A stretch of 55,563 nucleotides of DNA, taken from positions 1 through 55,563 of the forward strand of contig DAORUF010000004.1 in assembly GCA_035433045.1 (NCBI GenBank). The letters run 5' to 3'. Positions 34,036-41,618 of this stretch are shown piece by piece. Under the pieces are notes generated by a model, which was not told the DNA's origin, searched no databases, and saw nothing but the letters and a program-made list of their open reading frames with translations. The DNA is from Ornithinibacter sp. GTDB lineage: Bacteria > Actinomycetota > Actinomycetes > Actinomycetales > Dermatophilaceae. Numbering within the stretch: position 1 is the first letter of the stretch; each line of letters starts with the position of its first letter. The position numbers and the translations under genes are program-made.

Positions 34036-35691
34036 TCACTTCATCGACACCGACGAGAAGTCGATCGTGCCGAAGGCGGTGATCTTCACACCGGTGACCT
34101 TCTCCGACCAGCCCATGGTGGTCTTGCCGTACCACATGGGGATGGAGGGCATGTCGGCCGCGAGCAGGGCCTCGGCCTCCTGGTACTTCGCGTTGGACGC
34201 GGCAGCGTCGGTCTCGGCAGCAGCCTCGTCGAGGAGCGTGTCGAACTTCGCGTTGGAGTAGTCGCCGTCGTTGGACGAGGAGCCCGTGGCGAAGATCGGG
34301 GAGAGGAAGTTCTCGATCGACGGGTAGTCCATCTGCCAGCCGGTACGGAACAGGCCCTTCATCTTGCGCTCGCCGATCTCGGTACGGAACGTCGCGAAGT
34401 CGACGACACCGGTGGCGACACACTCGACACCGAGGGTCTGCTTGATGCTGTTGCAGGTGGCCTCGGTCCACTCCTTGTGAGCGGCGTCGGCGTTGTAGGA
34501 CAGCGTGATCTTGTCACCCTTGAAGCCGCCGGCCTCGGCGAGCTTGGCCTTGGCCTTCTCGGGGTCGAAGGTGCAGTACTCGCCACACTGGCCGGCCTTG
34601 TAGCCGTCGACGACCGGGGAGACCCAGCCGGTGGCGGGGACACGGGTGTTGTTGAAGATCTTCTCGATGATCGTCTCGCGGTCGATCGCCATGGAGATCG
34701 CCTGACGGATCTTCGGGTCCGCGTAGTTCGGGTCGACCTTGACCGGGGCGACGGTGACCGTCTGGATGACGCCGGTCTCCTTCTGCGCGTTGCGGTCGGG
34801 CAGGTCCGACTTGTACTTGTCGTCGATCAGGGCGCTCGCCGGGATCTCGTCGGTGATGTCGAGGTTGCTGGCGATGACGTCGTTGTACGCGGCGTCCGGG
34901 TCGGCGTAGATCTTGAAGGTGATCTTGTCGACCTTGCCACCGAAGTCACCGGCGTAGTCGGCGAACTTGGACAGCTCGATCGACTGCTCCTTGGTCCAGG
35001 AGTCCAGCTTGTACGGGCCGGAGCCGATCGGCTTGTCACCGAAGCCCTCCGGGTCGGCGAAGAACGCGTCCGGCAGCGGGGAGAAGGCGGAGTAGCCGAC
35101 GCGCACCGGGAAGTTGGCGACCTTGAGGGTGGTCTTGACCGTGAAGGTCAGGTCGTCGACGACCTTGAGGCCGGACATCTCCTTGGCCTTGGGCGTGAAG
35201 CCCTCACACGGGTCGTCCGGGTTGGCGGTACCGGCGCACTGCAGGTCGCCGTAGCCCTCGATGGGCTCCATGAAGTAGCCGGAGCTCTGGGCGTTCGGGC
35301 CGTACGCGGCGTAGTTCCACGCGTCGACGAAGTTCTTGGCCTTGATGTCGGTGCCGTCGTGGAACTTCCAGCCGCTCTTGAGCTTGATGGTGAAGTTCTG
35401 GTTGTCGGTGGTCTCGATCGACTCAGCGACGTCCATCTCGGGCTTGGCGGTCTCGGAGTCGTAGTGGACGAGCTTGGCGAAGACCGCGTCGATGACGTTG
35501 CCGCCGCAGGTCTCGGTCGTGTTGCTGGGAACGAGCGGGTTCTCAGGGTTGCAGCCGCGGACGGTGATCTCGCCGCCCGTCTTGGCTTCCGTCGTGGCCT
35601 CCGGCTCGCTGTCGCCGCTACCGCAACCAGCGGCGAGCAGGGCGACTGCAGACATTGCCGCAACCGCGACCGTGCGAGTGGTTCCTCGCAT
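34036..35691 (-). CDS. oppA: Oligopeptide ABC transporter substrate-binding lipoprotein (family 5)
   Basis: Lipobox LAAGC, KFHDGT, PIGSGPY, IRQAISMAIDR, GWQMDYP; AGGAGG RBS; strongly biased codon usage. Confidence 0.9.
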   Translation of the reverse strand: MRGTTRTVAVAAMSAVALLAAGCGSGDSEPEATTEAKTGGEITVRGCNPENPLVPSNTTETCGGNVIDAVFAKLVHYDSETAKPEMDVAESIETTDNQNFTIKLKSGWKFHDGTDIKAKNFVDAWNYAAYGPNAQSSGYFMEPIEGYGDLQCAGTANPDDPCEGFTPKAKEMSGLKVVDDLTFTVKTTLKVANFPVRVGYSAFSPLPDAFFADPEGFGDKPIGSGPYKLDSWTKEQSIELSKFADYAGDFGGKVDKITFKIYADPDAAYNDVIASNLDITDEIPASALIDDKYKSDLPDRNAQKETGVIQTVTVAPVKVDPNYADPKIRQAISMAIDRETIIEKIFNNTRVPATGWVSPVVDGYKAGQCGEYCTFDPEKAKAKLAEAGGFKGDKITLSYNADAAHKEWTEATCNSIKQTLGVECVATGVVDFATFRTEIGERKMKGLFRTGWQMDYPSIENFLSPIFATGSSSNDGDYSNAKFDTLLDEAAAETDAAASNAKYQEAEALLAADMPSIPMWYGKTTMGWSEKVTGVKITAFGTIDFSSVSMK

Positions 35692-35866
35692 GGGTGTCCT
35701 CCTACGTGAAAGTGGTGTCGCCATCCGGTGTCGGATGGCCATAGTTCATGGGAGCCCCCCGATCGGGTGCCTCCCACCAGTGCGCGCTCTCTTGCAGAAA
35801 GCGTGCGCTCACCATAGAAGCCCATCCATTCCCCCAACGGAAGCATTAGGTGCCGCCGAGATGGGA

Positions 35867-35884
35867 TTGTGACCGAAGCGCTAC
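35867..35884. promoter_or_regulatory. Candidate GlnR/MtrA-type box in the oppA/hisN divergent region
   Basis: TTGTGACcgaagcGCTAC; 14/18 identical to the site at 16106-16123. Confidence 0.4.
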
Positions 35885-35937
35885 CAGATCGGTGCGGGGC
35901 CGAAGAATCTTCGGCAGCGGCCGCTAAGTTGGGCCTC

Positions 35938-36723
35938 GTGCGCGCCTACGACGACGACCTTCGACTCGCCCACGTCCTCGCGGATGCCGTGGAGCGGGTC
36001 ACGACGGCACGGTTCCGGGCCGAGGACCTGCGGGTCGAGGCCAAGCCGGACCTGACCCTGGTCAGCGATGCCGACCGCGACGCCGAGGAGCTCATCCGGG
36101 GTCAGCTGGCCCGCACCAGGCCCCGCGACGCGGTCATCGGGGAGGAGTTCGACCCTACGGGCAACAGCGCCCGCCAGTGGATCGTCGACCCGATCGACGG
36201 CACCCACAACTACGTGCGTGGCGTCCCGGTGTGGGCGACCCTCATCGCCCTCGTCGACGACGGGGTGCCCGTCATCGGTCTCGTGGCCGCGCCCGCACTG
36301 GGCCGGCGCTGGTGGGCGGCCCTCGGCTCGGGCGCCTGGGCTGGCAAGAGCCTGACCTCGGCCAAGCGCATCCACGTCTCGTCGGTCTCGCGCATCGAGG
36401 ACGCCTCCATCTCGTGCTCGAGCTGGACCTCGTGGGCCGACGTCGACCGCGAGCGCGAGGTGCTCGACCTGGCCCGCGAGTGCTGGCGTGAGCGCGCGTT
36501 CGGCGACTTCTGGTCCTACATGCTCCTCGCCGAGGGCTGCGTCGACATCGCCGCCGAACCCGAGCTCGGCCTGCACGACATGGCAGCCCTGGTGCCGATC
36601 GTCACCGAGGCCGGTGGACGCTTCACGTCACTGGCCGGGGTCGACGGTCCCTTCGGAGGTAACGCGGTGGCGACCAACGGCATCCTGCACGACGAGGTGC
36701 TGCGCCGCATCGGCACCCCCTGA
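35938..36723 (+). CDS. hisN: Histidinol-phosphatase (inositol monophosphatase family)
   Basis: KPDLTLVSDAD, GEE, WIVDPIDGTHNYVRGVPVWATLI, GDFWSYML, EAGG; GTG 35938 after TAAGTT. Confidence 0.88.
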   Translation: MRAYDDDLRLAHVLADAVERVTTARFRAEDLRVEAKPDLTLVSDADRDAEELIRGQLARTRPRDAVIGEEFDPTGNSARQWIVDPIDGTHNYVRGVPVWATLIALVDDGVPVIGLVAAPALGRRWWAALGSGAWAGKSLTSAKRIHVSSVSRIEDASISCSSWTSWADVDREREVLDLARECWRERAFGDFWSYMLLAEGCVDIAAEPELGLHDMAALVPIVTEAGGRFTSLAGVDGPFGGNAVATNGILHDEVLRRIGTP

Positions 36724-36726
36724 GCA

Positions 36727-36787
36727 CGACTCATTGCACTCCAGCCACCTGGCATGGCCGCCAGTAGGTGGCTGGCGTGCAATGAGT
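36727..36787. repeat. REP-like palindrome, copy 2
   Basis: cgactcattgcactccagccacct ... aggtggctggcgtgcaatgagt between convergent hisN and ogt. Confidence 0.72.
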
Positions 36788-36790
36788 GCG

Positions 36791-37345
36791 TCAGAAGAGG
36801 GAGGCCTGGTCGGCCTCGCTGGCCACACCCTCGAGGCGCAGCAGCATCGCCTTGCGCTCCACACCGCCCGCGTACCCGGTGAGCGTGCCGTCGGAGCCGA
36901 TGACCCGGTGGCACGGCAGCACGATCGGGATCGGGTTGGCCCCGTTGGCCGCCCCCACGGCCCGTGACGCACCCGGCGGCAGCCCCAGCCGGTTGGCGAT
37001 CTCGCCGTAGGTCGTCGTGGCACCCCAGGGCAGCGTCGCGAGCACGTCCCAGACCCGCCGCTGGAACTCGGTTCCCGCGGGGCGAAGGGGCAGGTCGAAC
37101 TCCCGGCGACGGCCCTCGAAGTACTCGCTGAGCTGGCGGTGGGCCGCCGTGAGGACCGGCGACCCGCCGCGCTCGTGGCCGGCGGTGCCGTCGGCAGGCG
37201 CATCGAACCGGATGCCGGTGAGCGCACCGTGCGCTTCGATGAGCTCCAGTCGCCCGATCGGCGAGGCCATCACGACCGAGCGTGAGGCCCCGGCATCCGA
37301 GGAGCTCGGCCCACGCACGGCGCCCGGCACGACGTCAGAGGGCAA
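36791..37345 (-). CDS. ogt: Methylated-DNA--protein-cysteine S-methyltransferase
   Basis: SPIG, GTEFQRRVW, TYGEIA, RAVGAANGANP, active-site PCHR, GYAGG; start uncertain (TTG 37345 or ATG 37270). Confidence 0.92.
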   Translation of the reverse strand: MPSDVVPGAVRGPSSSDAGASRSVVMASPIGRLELIEAHGALTGIRFDAPADGTAGHERGGSPVLTAAHRQLSEYFEGRRREFDLPLRPAGTEFQRRVWDVLATLPWGATTTYGEIANRLGLPPGASRAVGAANGANPIPIVLPCHRVIGSDGTLTGYAGGVERKAMLLRLEGVASEADQASLF

Positions 37346-38684
37346 CCGTGCTCACCGAGCCCGGGACCCGACCGTCGAGCTGCGGCACCACCTGGGCGGC
37401 GTCACCGACGAGGACCACGGTCCACTCCCCCGTGACGACCCGGCCGTACGCGGCGTCGAGGTCGGCCAGCGTCAGGGCGTTGACCGCGAGCAGGTTGCGC
37501 GTCGTGAAGTCGCCGGGAAGACCCTCGAGCGCCAGCGTCGCGCTCTCGTCGGCCACCGCATCCGCCGTGGCGTAGCGGCCGGGCGCGGTCATGGCGACGT
37601 AGTCGACCCCGGTGCGCAGTTCGGCGTCGGTGAAGCCGTCGCGCGCGCCGTCGAGAATGCCGAGCAGGATCTCGACGGACTCCCCGGTGACCTCGGACCG
37701 CACCGATCCCGACGTCACGAAGGTGCCGCCGGCCACCCGCGGTCGGAAGGTCGAGCGGATGCCGTAGGTGTACCCCTTCTCCTCGCGCAGCACCGCGTCG
37801 ATCCGGGCGCTGGGCGAGCCTCCGAGCACGAAGGACAGGACGGGGTGCGGGGCCCACCCGTGAGGCGTGGAACGGTCGGGGCCGGGGCGACCGACGACGA
37901 TCTCGGTCTGCACCGAGCCCGGACGATCCACCACGACGACGCGGGCCGCATCCGCTGCGGGAAGCGGGGGCACCGGGCGGGCCGACGGGGTGTGCCGCGG
38001 TGCCGACCACGTGCCGAGGGTCGCCTCGAGCACCGCCAGAACGTCGACATCGGTGAGGTCGCCGGCGACCACGACCGTGGCCCCGTCGGGCCCGACGTGG
38101 GTGGCGTGGAACTCGACGAGGTCGTCGCGGGTGAGCGCACCGATCGACTCGGGGGTGCCACCCGTGGGCCGACTCGCGCGGTCGGCAGGGTCCCACAGGG
38201 TGCGCGCGAACTCCTTGCTGGCCCGGTGCGCGGAGGAGGCCCGCTCCTGCTCGATCTCGGCGAGCCGGTTGCGCAGGATGCGGCGCACCTCGTCCTCGGG
38301 GAAGGCCGGTGCGGCCAGGGCCTGGGTGAGCAGCCCGGCGGCGGTGGCGAGGTGGCGCTGGGAGACGTCGACGTCGACGAGCAGGCCGCCGTCGGAGACC
38401 CCGGCACCGAGCACCATGCCGTGGCGCTCCATGAGCTCGGCGAACTCGTCGGACCCGAGCGACGCCGTGCCCTCGTCGAGCAGGCGGGCCGTCATGGAGG
38501 CGATGCCCTCCTGGCCGGCGGGTTCGGCGGACACCGCCAGGGGGACGACGACCCGCAGCGACAACACGTACTGACCCGGGAGATCGTGGAGCAGCACCCG
38601 CACCCCGTTGCCGAGCACGTGCTCGGTCGGGACGGGGAAGGCCCACGGCTGGGGCGGGGTCACCTGCGGTCGGGCGGTGCTCAC
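37335..38684 (-). CDS. M16 family peptidase, non-catalytic subunit
   Basis: LGNGVRV, LLDEGT (no HXXEH), LREEKGYTYG. Confidence 0.88.
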   Translation of the reverse strand: MSTARPQVTPPQPWAFPVPTEHVLGNGVRVLLHDLPGQYVLSLRVVVPLAVSAEPAGQEGIASMTARLLDEGTASLGSDEFAELMERHGMVLGAGVSDGGLLVDVDVSQRHLATAAGLLTQALAAPAFPEDEVRRILRNRLAEIEQERASSAHRASKEFARTLWDPADRASRPTGGTPESIGALTRDDLVEFHATHVGPDGATVVVAGDLTDVDVLAVLEATLGTWSAPRHTPSARPVPPLPAADAARVVVVDRPGSVQTEIVVGRPGPDRSTPHGWAPHPVLSFVLGGSPSARIDAVLREEKGYTYGIRSTFRPRVAGGTFVTSGSVRSEVTGESVEILLGILDGARDGFTDAELRTGVDYVAMTAPGRYATADAVADESATLALEGLPGDFTTRNLLAVNALTLADLDAAYGRVVTGEWTVVLVGDAAQVVPQLDGRVPGSVSTVAL

Positions 38685-40030
38685 GCGACCTCCTCCTCGT
38701 TCGCACCGGCATCCGAGTCGCCGGCAGAGTCTTCGGCAACGTCGCCGACAGCCTCATCGTCAGCCGGGGCTGACAGGTAGGCGACGACGGCGCGGCTCTG
38801 CGGCTGCAGCCAGCGGCGCGCCGCGGCGAGCACCTGCTCGGCCGTCACGTCCTGGAGCCGGTCGAGGTGGGTGTTGACGACCTCGGGGTCGTCGTGGAGC
38901 AGCAGGTGGTGGCTGATCGCGTCGGCCCGCTCCTCCTGGCTGGCCAGCGCCGACAGCCACGACCGCTCGGACTGAGCCAGGGACGCCTCGAGCTCGACGG
39001 CCGTCGGCCCACCCGCGAGGAAGGCGGTCAGCTCCTCGACGAAGGCGGCTTCCACGGCATCCGGGTCCTGGCCGGGGGCGACGTCGAGCACGACGAAGCC
39101 CAGGGACGCGCCGTCGACGAACCCCCACGCGGTGGCGTGGGCGCCCAGGGCGATCTGGTCGCGCCGCACGAGGCGACGCACGAGCCGCGACGTGCTGAGC
39201 CCACCGATCGCGTCGAGCGCCACGGCAGCCGCGAGGAACTCGTCGGTCTCGTCGACGGGCAGGCGGAACGCGATGTGCAGCCGGTCGTTGGGCACGCTCT
39301 CGCGCCGCTCGACCCGCACCGGCTGGGCCAGGGGTTCGAGCTGCGGGTGGTTCTCCCGGCGCGGTTCGGCGCTCGCGGGCAACGGCCCGAAGTGGCGCTC
39401 GACGAGCTCGAACCCGTGCTCGGGCGTGATGTCACCGCACAGCGTGAGCACCGTGTTGTCCGGCCCGTAGTGGGCGCGGAAGAACGCGTGCACGTCGGCC
39501 AGGCTCGCGGCGTCGAGGTCCTCCATCGACCCGATGGTCGGGTGGTGGTAGGGGTGCCCCTGCGGGAAGGTCGCGGCGTAGACGTCGATCAGGGCGTTGC
39601 CGTAGGGCTGGTTGTCATAGCGCTGGCGCTTCTCCTCCTTGACCACGTCGCGCTGGTTGTCCAGGTTCTCCTGGGTCACGGCGTCGAGGAGGTGCCCGTG
39701 CCGGTCGGCCTCGAGCCACAGCGCCAGCTCGACGGCCCCCTTCGGCACGGTCTCGAAGTAGTTCGTGCGATCGAACCAGGTCGTCGCGTTCAGCCGACCG
39801 CCCTGGGCCATGAGCGCCTCGAAGTGCTCACCGCTCGGCACGTTCTTCGAGCCCTGGAACATCAGGTGCTCGAAGAGGTGGGCGAACCCGGTGCGACCGG
39901 GCGACTCGTGGCGCGACCCCACCCCCACCCACAGGTTGACCGTGACGTTCGGGACGGTGTGGTCGGGGCTCACCACGACGCGCAGCCCGTTCGGCAGCGT
40001 GCGGCGGTGGATCGGGTAGTCCAGCGGCAT
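38681..40030 (-). CDS. M16 family zinc metallopeptidase, catalytic subunit
   Basis: LPNGLRV, GFAHLFEHLMF (HXXEH), NATTWFDRTNY, HPYHHPTIG. Confidence 0.93.
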   Translation of the reverse strand: MPLDYPIHRRTLPNGLRVVVSPDHTVPNVTVNLWVGVGSRHESPGRTGFAHLFEHLMFQGSKNVPSGEHFEALMAQGGRLNATTWFDRTNYFETVPKGAVELALWLEADRHGHLLDAVTQENLDNQRDVVKEEKRQRYDNQPYGNALIDVYAATFPQGHPYHHPTIGSMEDLDAASLADVHAFFRAHYGPDNTVLTLCGDITPEHGFELVERHFGPLPASAEPRRENHPQLEPLAQPVRVERRESVPNDRLHIAFRLPVDETDEFLAAAVALDAIGGLSTSRLVRRLVRRDQIALGAHATAWGFVDGASLGFVVLDVAPGQDPDAVEAAFVEELTAFLAGGPTAVELEASLAQSERSWLSALASQEERADAISHHLLLHDDPEVVNTHLDRLQDVTAEQVLAAARRWLQPQSRAVVAYLSAPADDEAVGDVAEDSAGDSDAGANEEEVA

Positions 40031-40048
40031 GGCGTCACCCTACGTGCC

Positions 40049-40111
40049 CACGAACGGCGGTGAGCCGGATGCCGGGGCGCACCCCCGGCATCCGGCTCAC
40101 CGCCGTTCGTG
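40049..40111. repeat. Perfect 29-bp-arm inverted repeat between ndh and the M16 operon
   Basis: cacgaacggcggtgagccggatgccgggg-cgcac-ccccggcatccggctcaccgccgttcgtg. Confidence 0.8.
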
Positions 40112-40117
40112 CTCGGG

Positions 40118-41515
40118 TCAGGCCGAGGCTCGGTGCTGCTCCTCGATCTCGGCCACTCCGGCCACCTGCGTGTCCGCGGGGTTGGTCGGGATCGAGGGCT
40201 GCTCGTCCTGCGACATCGCGTCCATGGCCCGGCGGGCGAAGACCTGTTGCTCGGTGGCCACGCGCTCGGCCCGACCCCGGCCGAGGAAGCTGACGGTCCA
40301 GTGCAGCAAGGTCGTGACGCGGTGCTTGAACCCGATGATGTAGACGAGGTGGATGGCCAGCCACAGCAGCCAGGCGACGAACCCCGAGAAGCGGAGCTTT
40401 CCGATCGAGGCGACTGCACTGAACCGCGAGATCGTCGCCATCGACCCCTTGTCGAAGTACTGGAACGCGGGCTCGGGCTCCTTGCCGTCCAGGCGCCGCT
40501 TGATCTGCTTCGCCGCGAAGCGCGAGCCCTGGATCGCGACCTGCGCGACACCCGGGAGGTTGTCGAGCGAGATCATGTCGCCGACGACGAAGACCTCGGG
40601 GTGCCCGGGGAGGGTGAGGTCGGGGAGCACCTTGATGCGCCCCGCCCGGTCGAGCTCGGCCCCGGTCTGCAGGGCGAGCTGCTGGCCCAGCGAGCTCGCC
40701 TGGACCCCGGCTGCCCACACCTTGGTCAGGGCCTCGATGCGGGTGGAGGAGCCGTCGGCCTCACGCACCGTGATGCCGGCCGCGTCGACGTCGGTGACCA
40801 TCGTGCCGGGTCGGACGTCGACGCCCATCTCCTCCAGGCGGCGCTTGGCGGCCCCACCGAGGCGTTCGCCGAAGCTCGGCAGCACGGTCGGCGCGGCGTC
40901 GACGAGGATGATCCGCGAGTTGCGCGGGTCGATGCGCCGGAACTCCTTGCGCAGGGTGCGGTGCGCCAGTTCGGCGATCTGCCCGGCCATCTCAACGCCG
41001 GTGGGGCCGGCGCCGACGACGACGAAGGTCATCGCCCGCTCGGCCTCGGCGGGGGTCTCGGCGAGCTCGGCCAGCTCGAACGCCCCGAAGATGCGGCCGC
41101 GCAGCTCGAGGGCGTCGTCGATGGACTTCATGCCCGGGGCGTGGCGGGCGAAGTGGTCGTTGCCGAAGTAGGACTGGCCGGCCCCGGCGGCGACGAGCAG
41201 GGTGTCGTAGGGGGTCACGAGCTCGCGGTCCAGCACGTGCGAGGTGACCGTGCGGTCGTGCACGTCGATGCTGGTCACCGTGCCGAGCACGACCCGGGCG
41301 TTCTTCTGCCGGGCCAGCACCTCACGGGTGCTCGGCGCGATCTCGCCCTCGGAGAGGATGCCGGTCGCGACCTGGTAGAGCAGCGGCTGGAAGAGGTGGT
41401 GGGTGGTCTGGGCGATCAGGGTGACCTCGACGTCGTCCCGGCGCTTGAGCGCCTGGGTACCGAAGAGACCTCCGAAGCCGGAACCGATGACGACGACGCG
41501 GTGGGGGGTACTCAC
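40118..41515 (-). CDS. ndh: Type II NADH:quinone oxidoreductase
   Basis: VVVIGSGFGG, FQPLLYQVATG, VVVGAGPTGVEMAG, WAAGV, AQVAIQ, YFDKGSMATI; start at GTG 41515. Confidence 0.92.
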   Translation of the reverse strand: MSTPHRVVVIGSGFGGLFGTQALKRRDDVEVTLIAQTTHHLFQPLLYQVATGILSEGEIAPSTREVLARQKNARVVLGTVTSIDVHDRTVTSHVLDRELVTPYDTLLVAAGAGQSYFGNDHFARHAPGMKSIDDALELRGRIFGAFELAELAETPAEAERAMTFVVVGAGPTGVEMAGQIAELAHRTLRKEFRRIDPRNSRIILVDAAPTVLPSFGERLGGAAKRRLEEMGVDVRPGTMVTDVDAAGITVREADGSSTRIEALTKVWAAGVQASSLGQQLALQTGAELDRAGRIKVLPDLTLPGHPEVFVVGDMISLDNLPGVAQVAIQGSRFAAKQIKRRLDGKEPEPAFQYFDKGSMATISRFSAVASIGKLRFSGFVAWLLWLAIHLVYIIGFKHRVTTLLHWTVSFLGRGRAERVATEQQVFARRAMDAMSQDEQPSIPTNPADTQVAGVAEIEEQHRASA

Positions 41516-41618
41516 GGGCGGTCCAACACGGCATCCACGCCGGGTATGCCGTGTCGCGGCGACGTGGTGGAGGTCACCCCCACGAGGTCTGGCGGTTCGC
41601 TGGGAGAGAATGGTGTCG

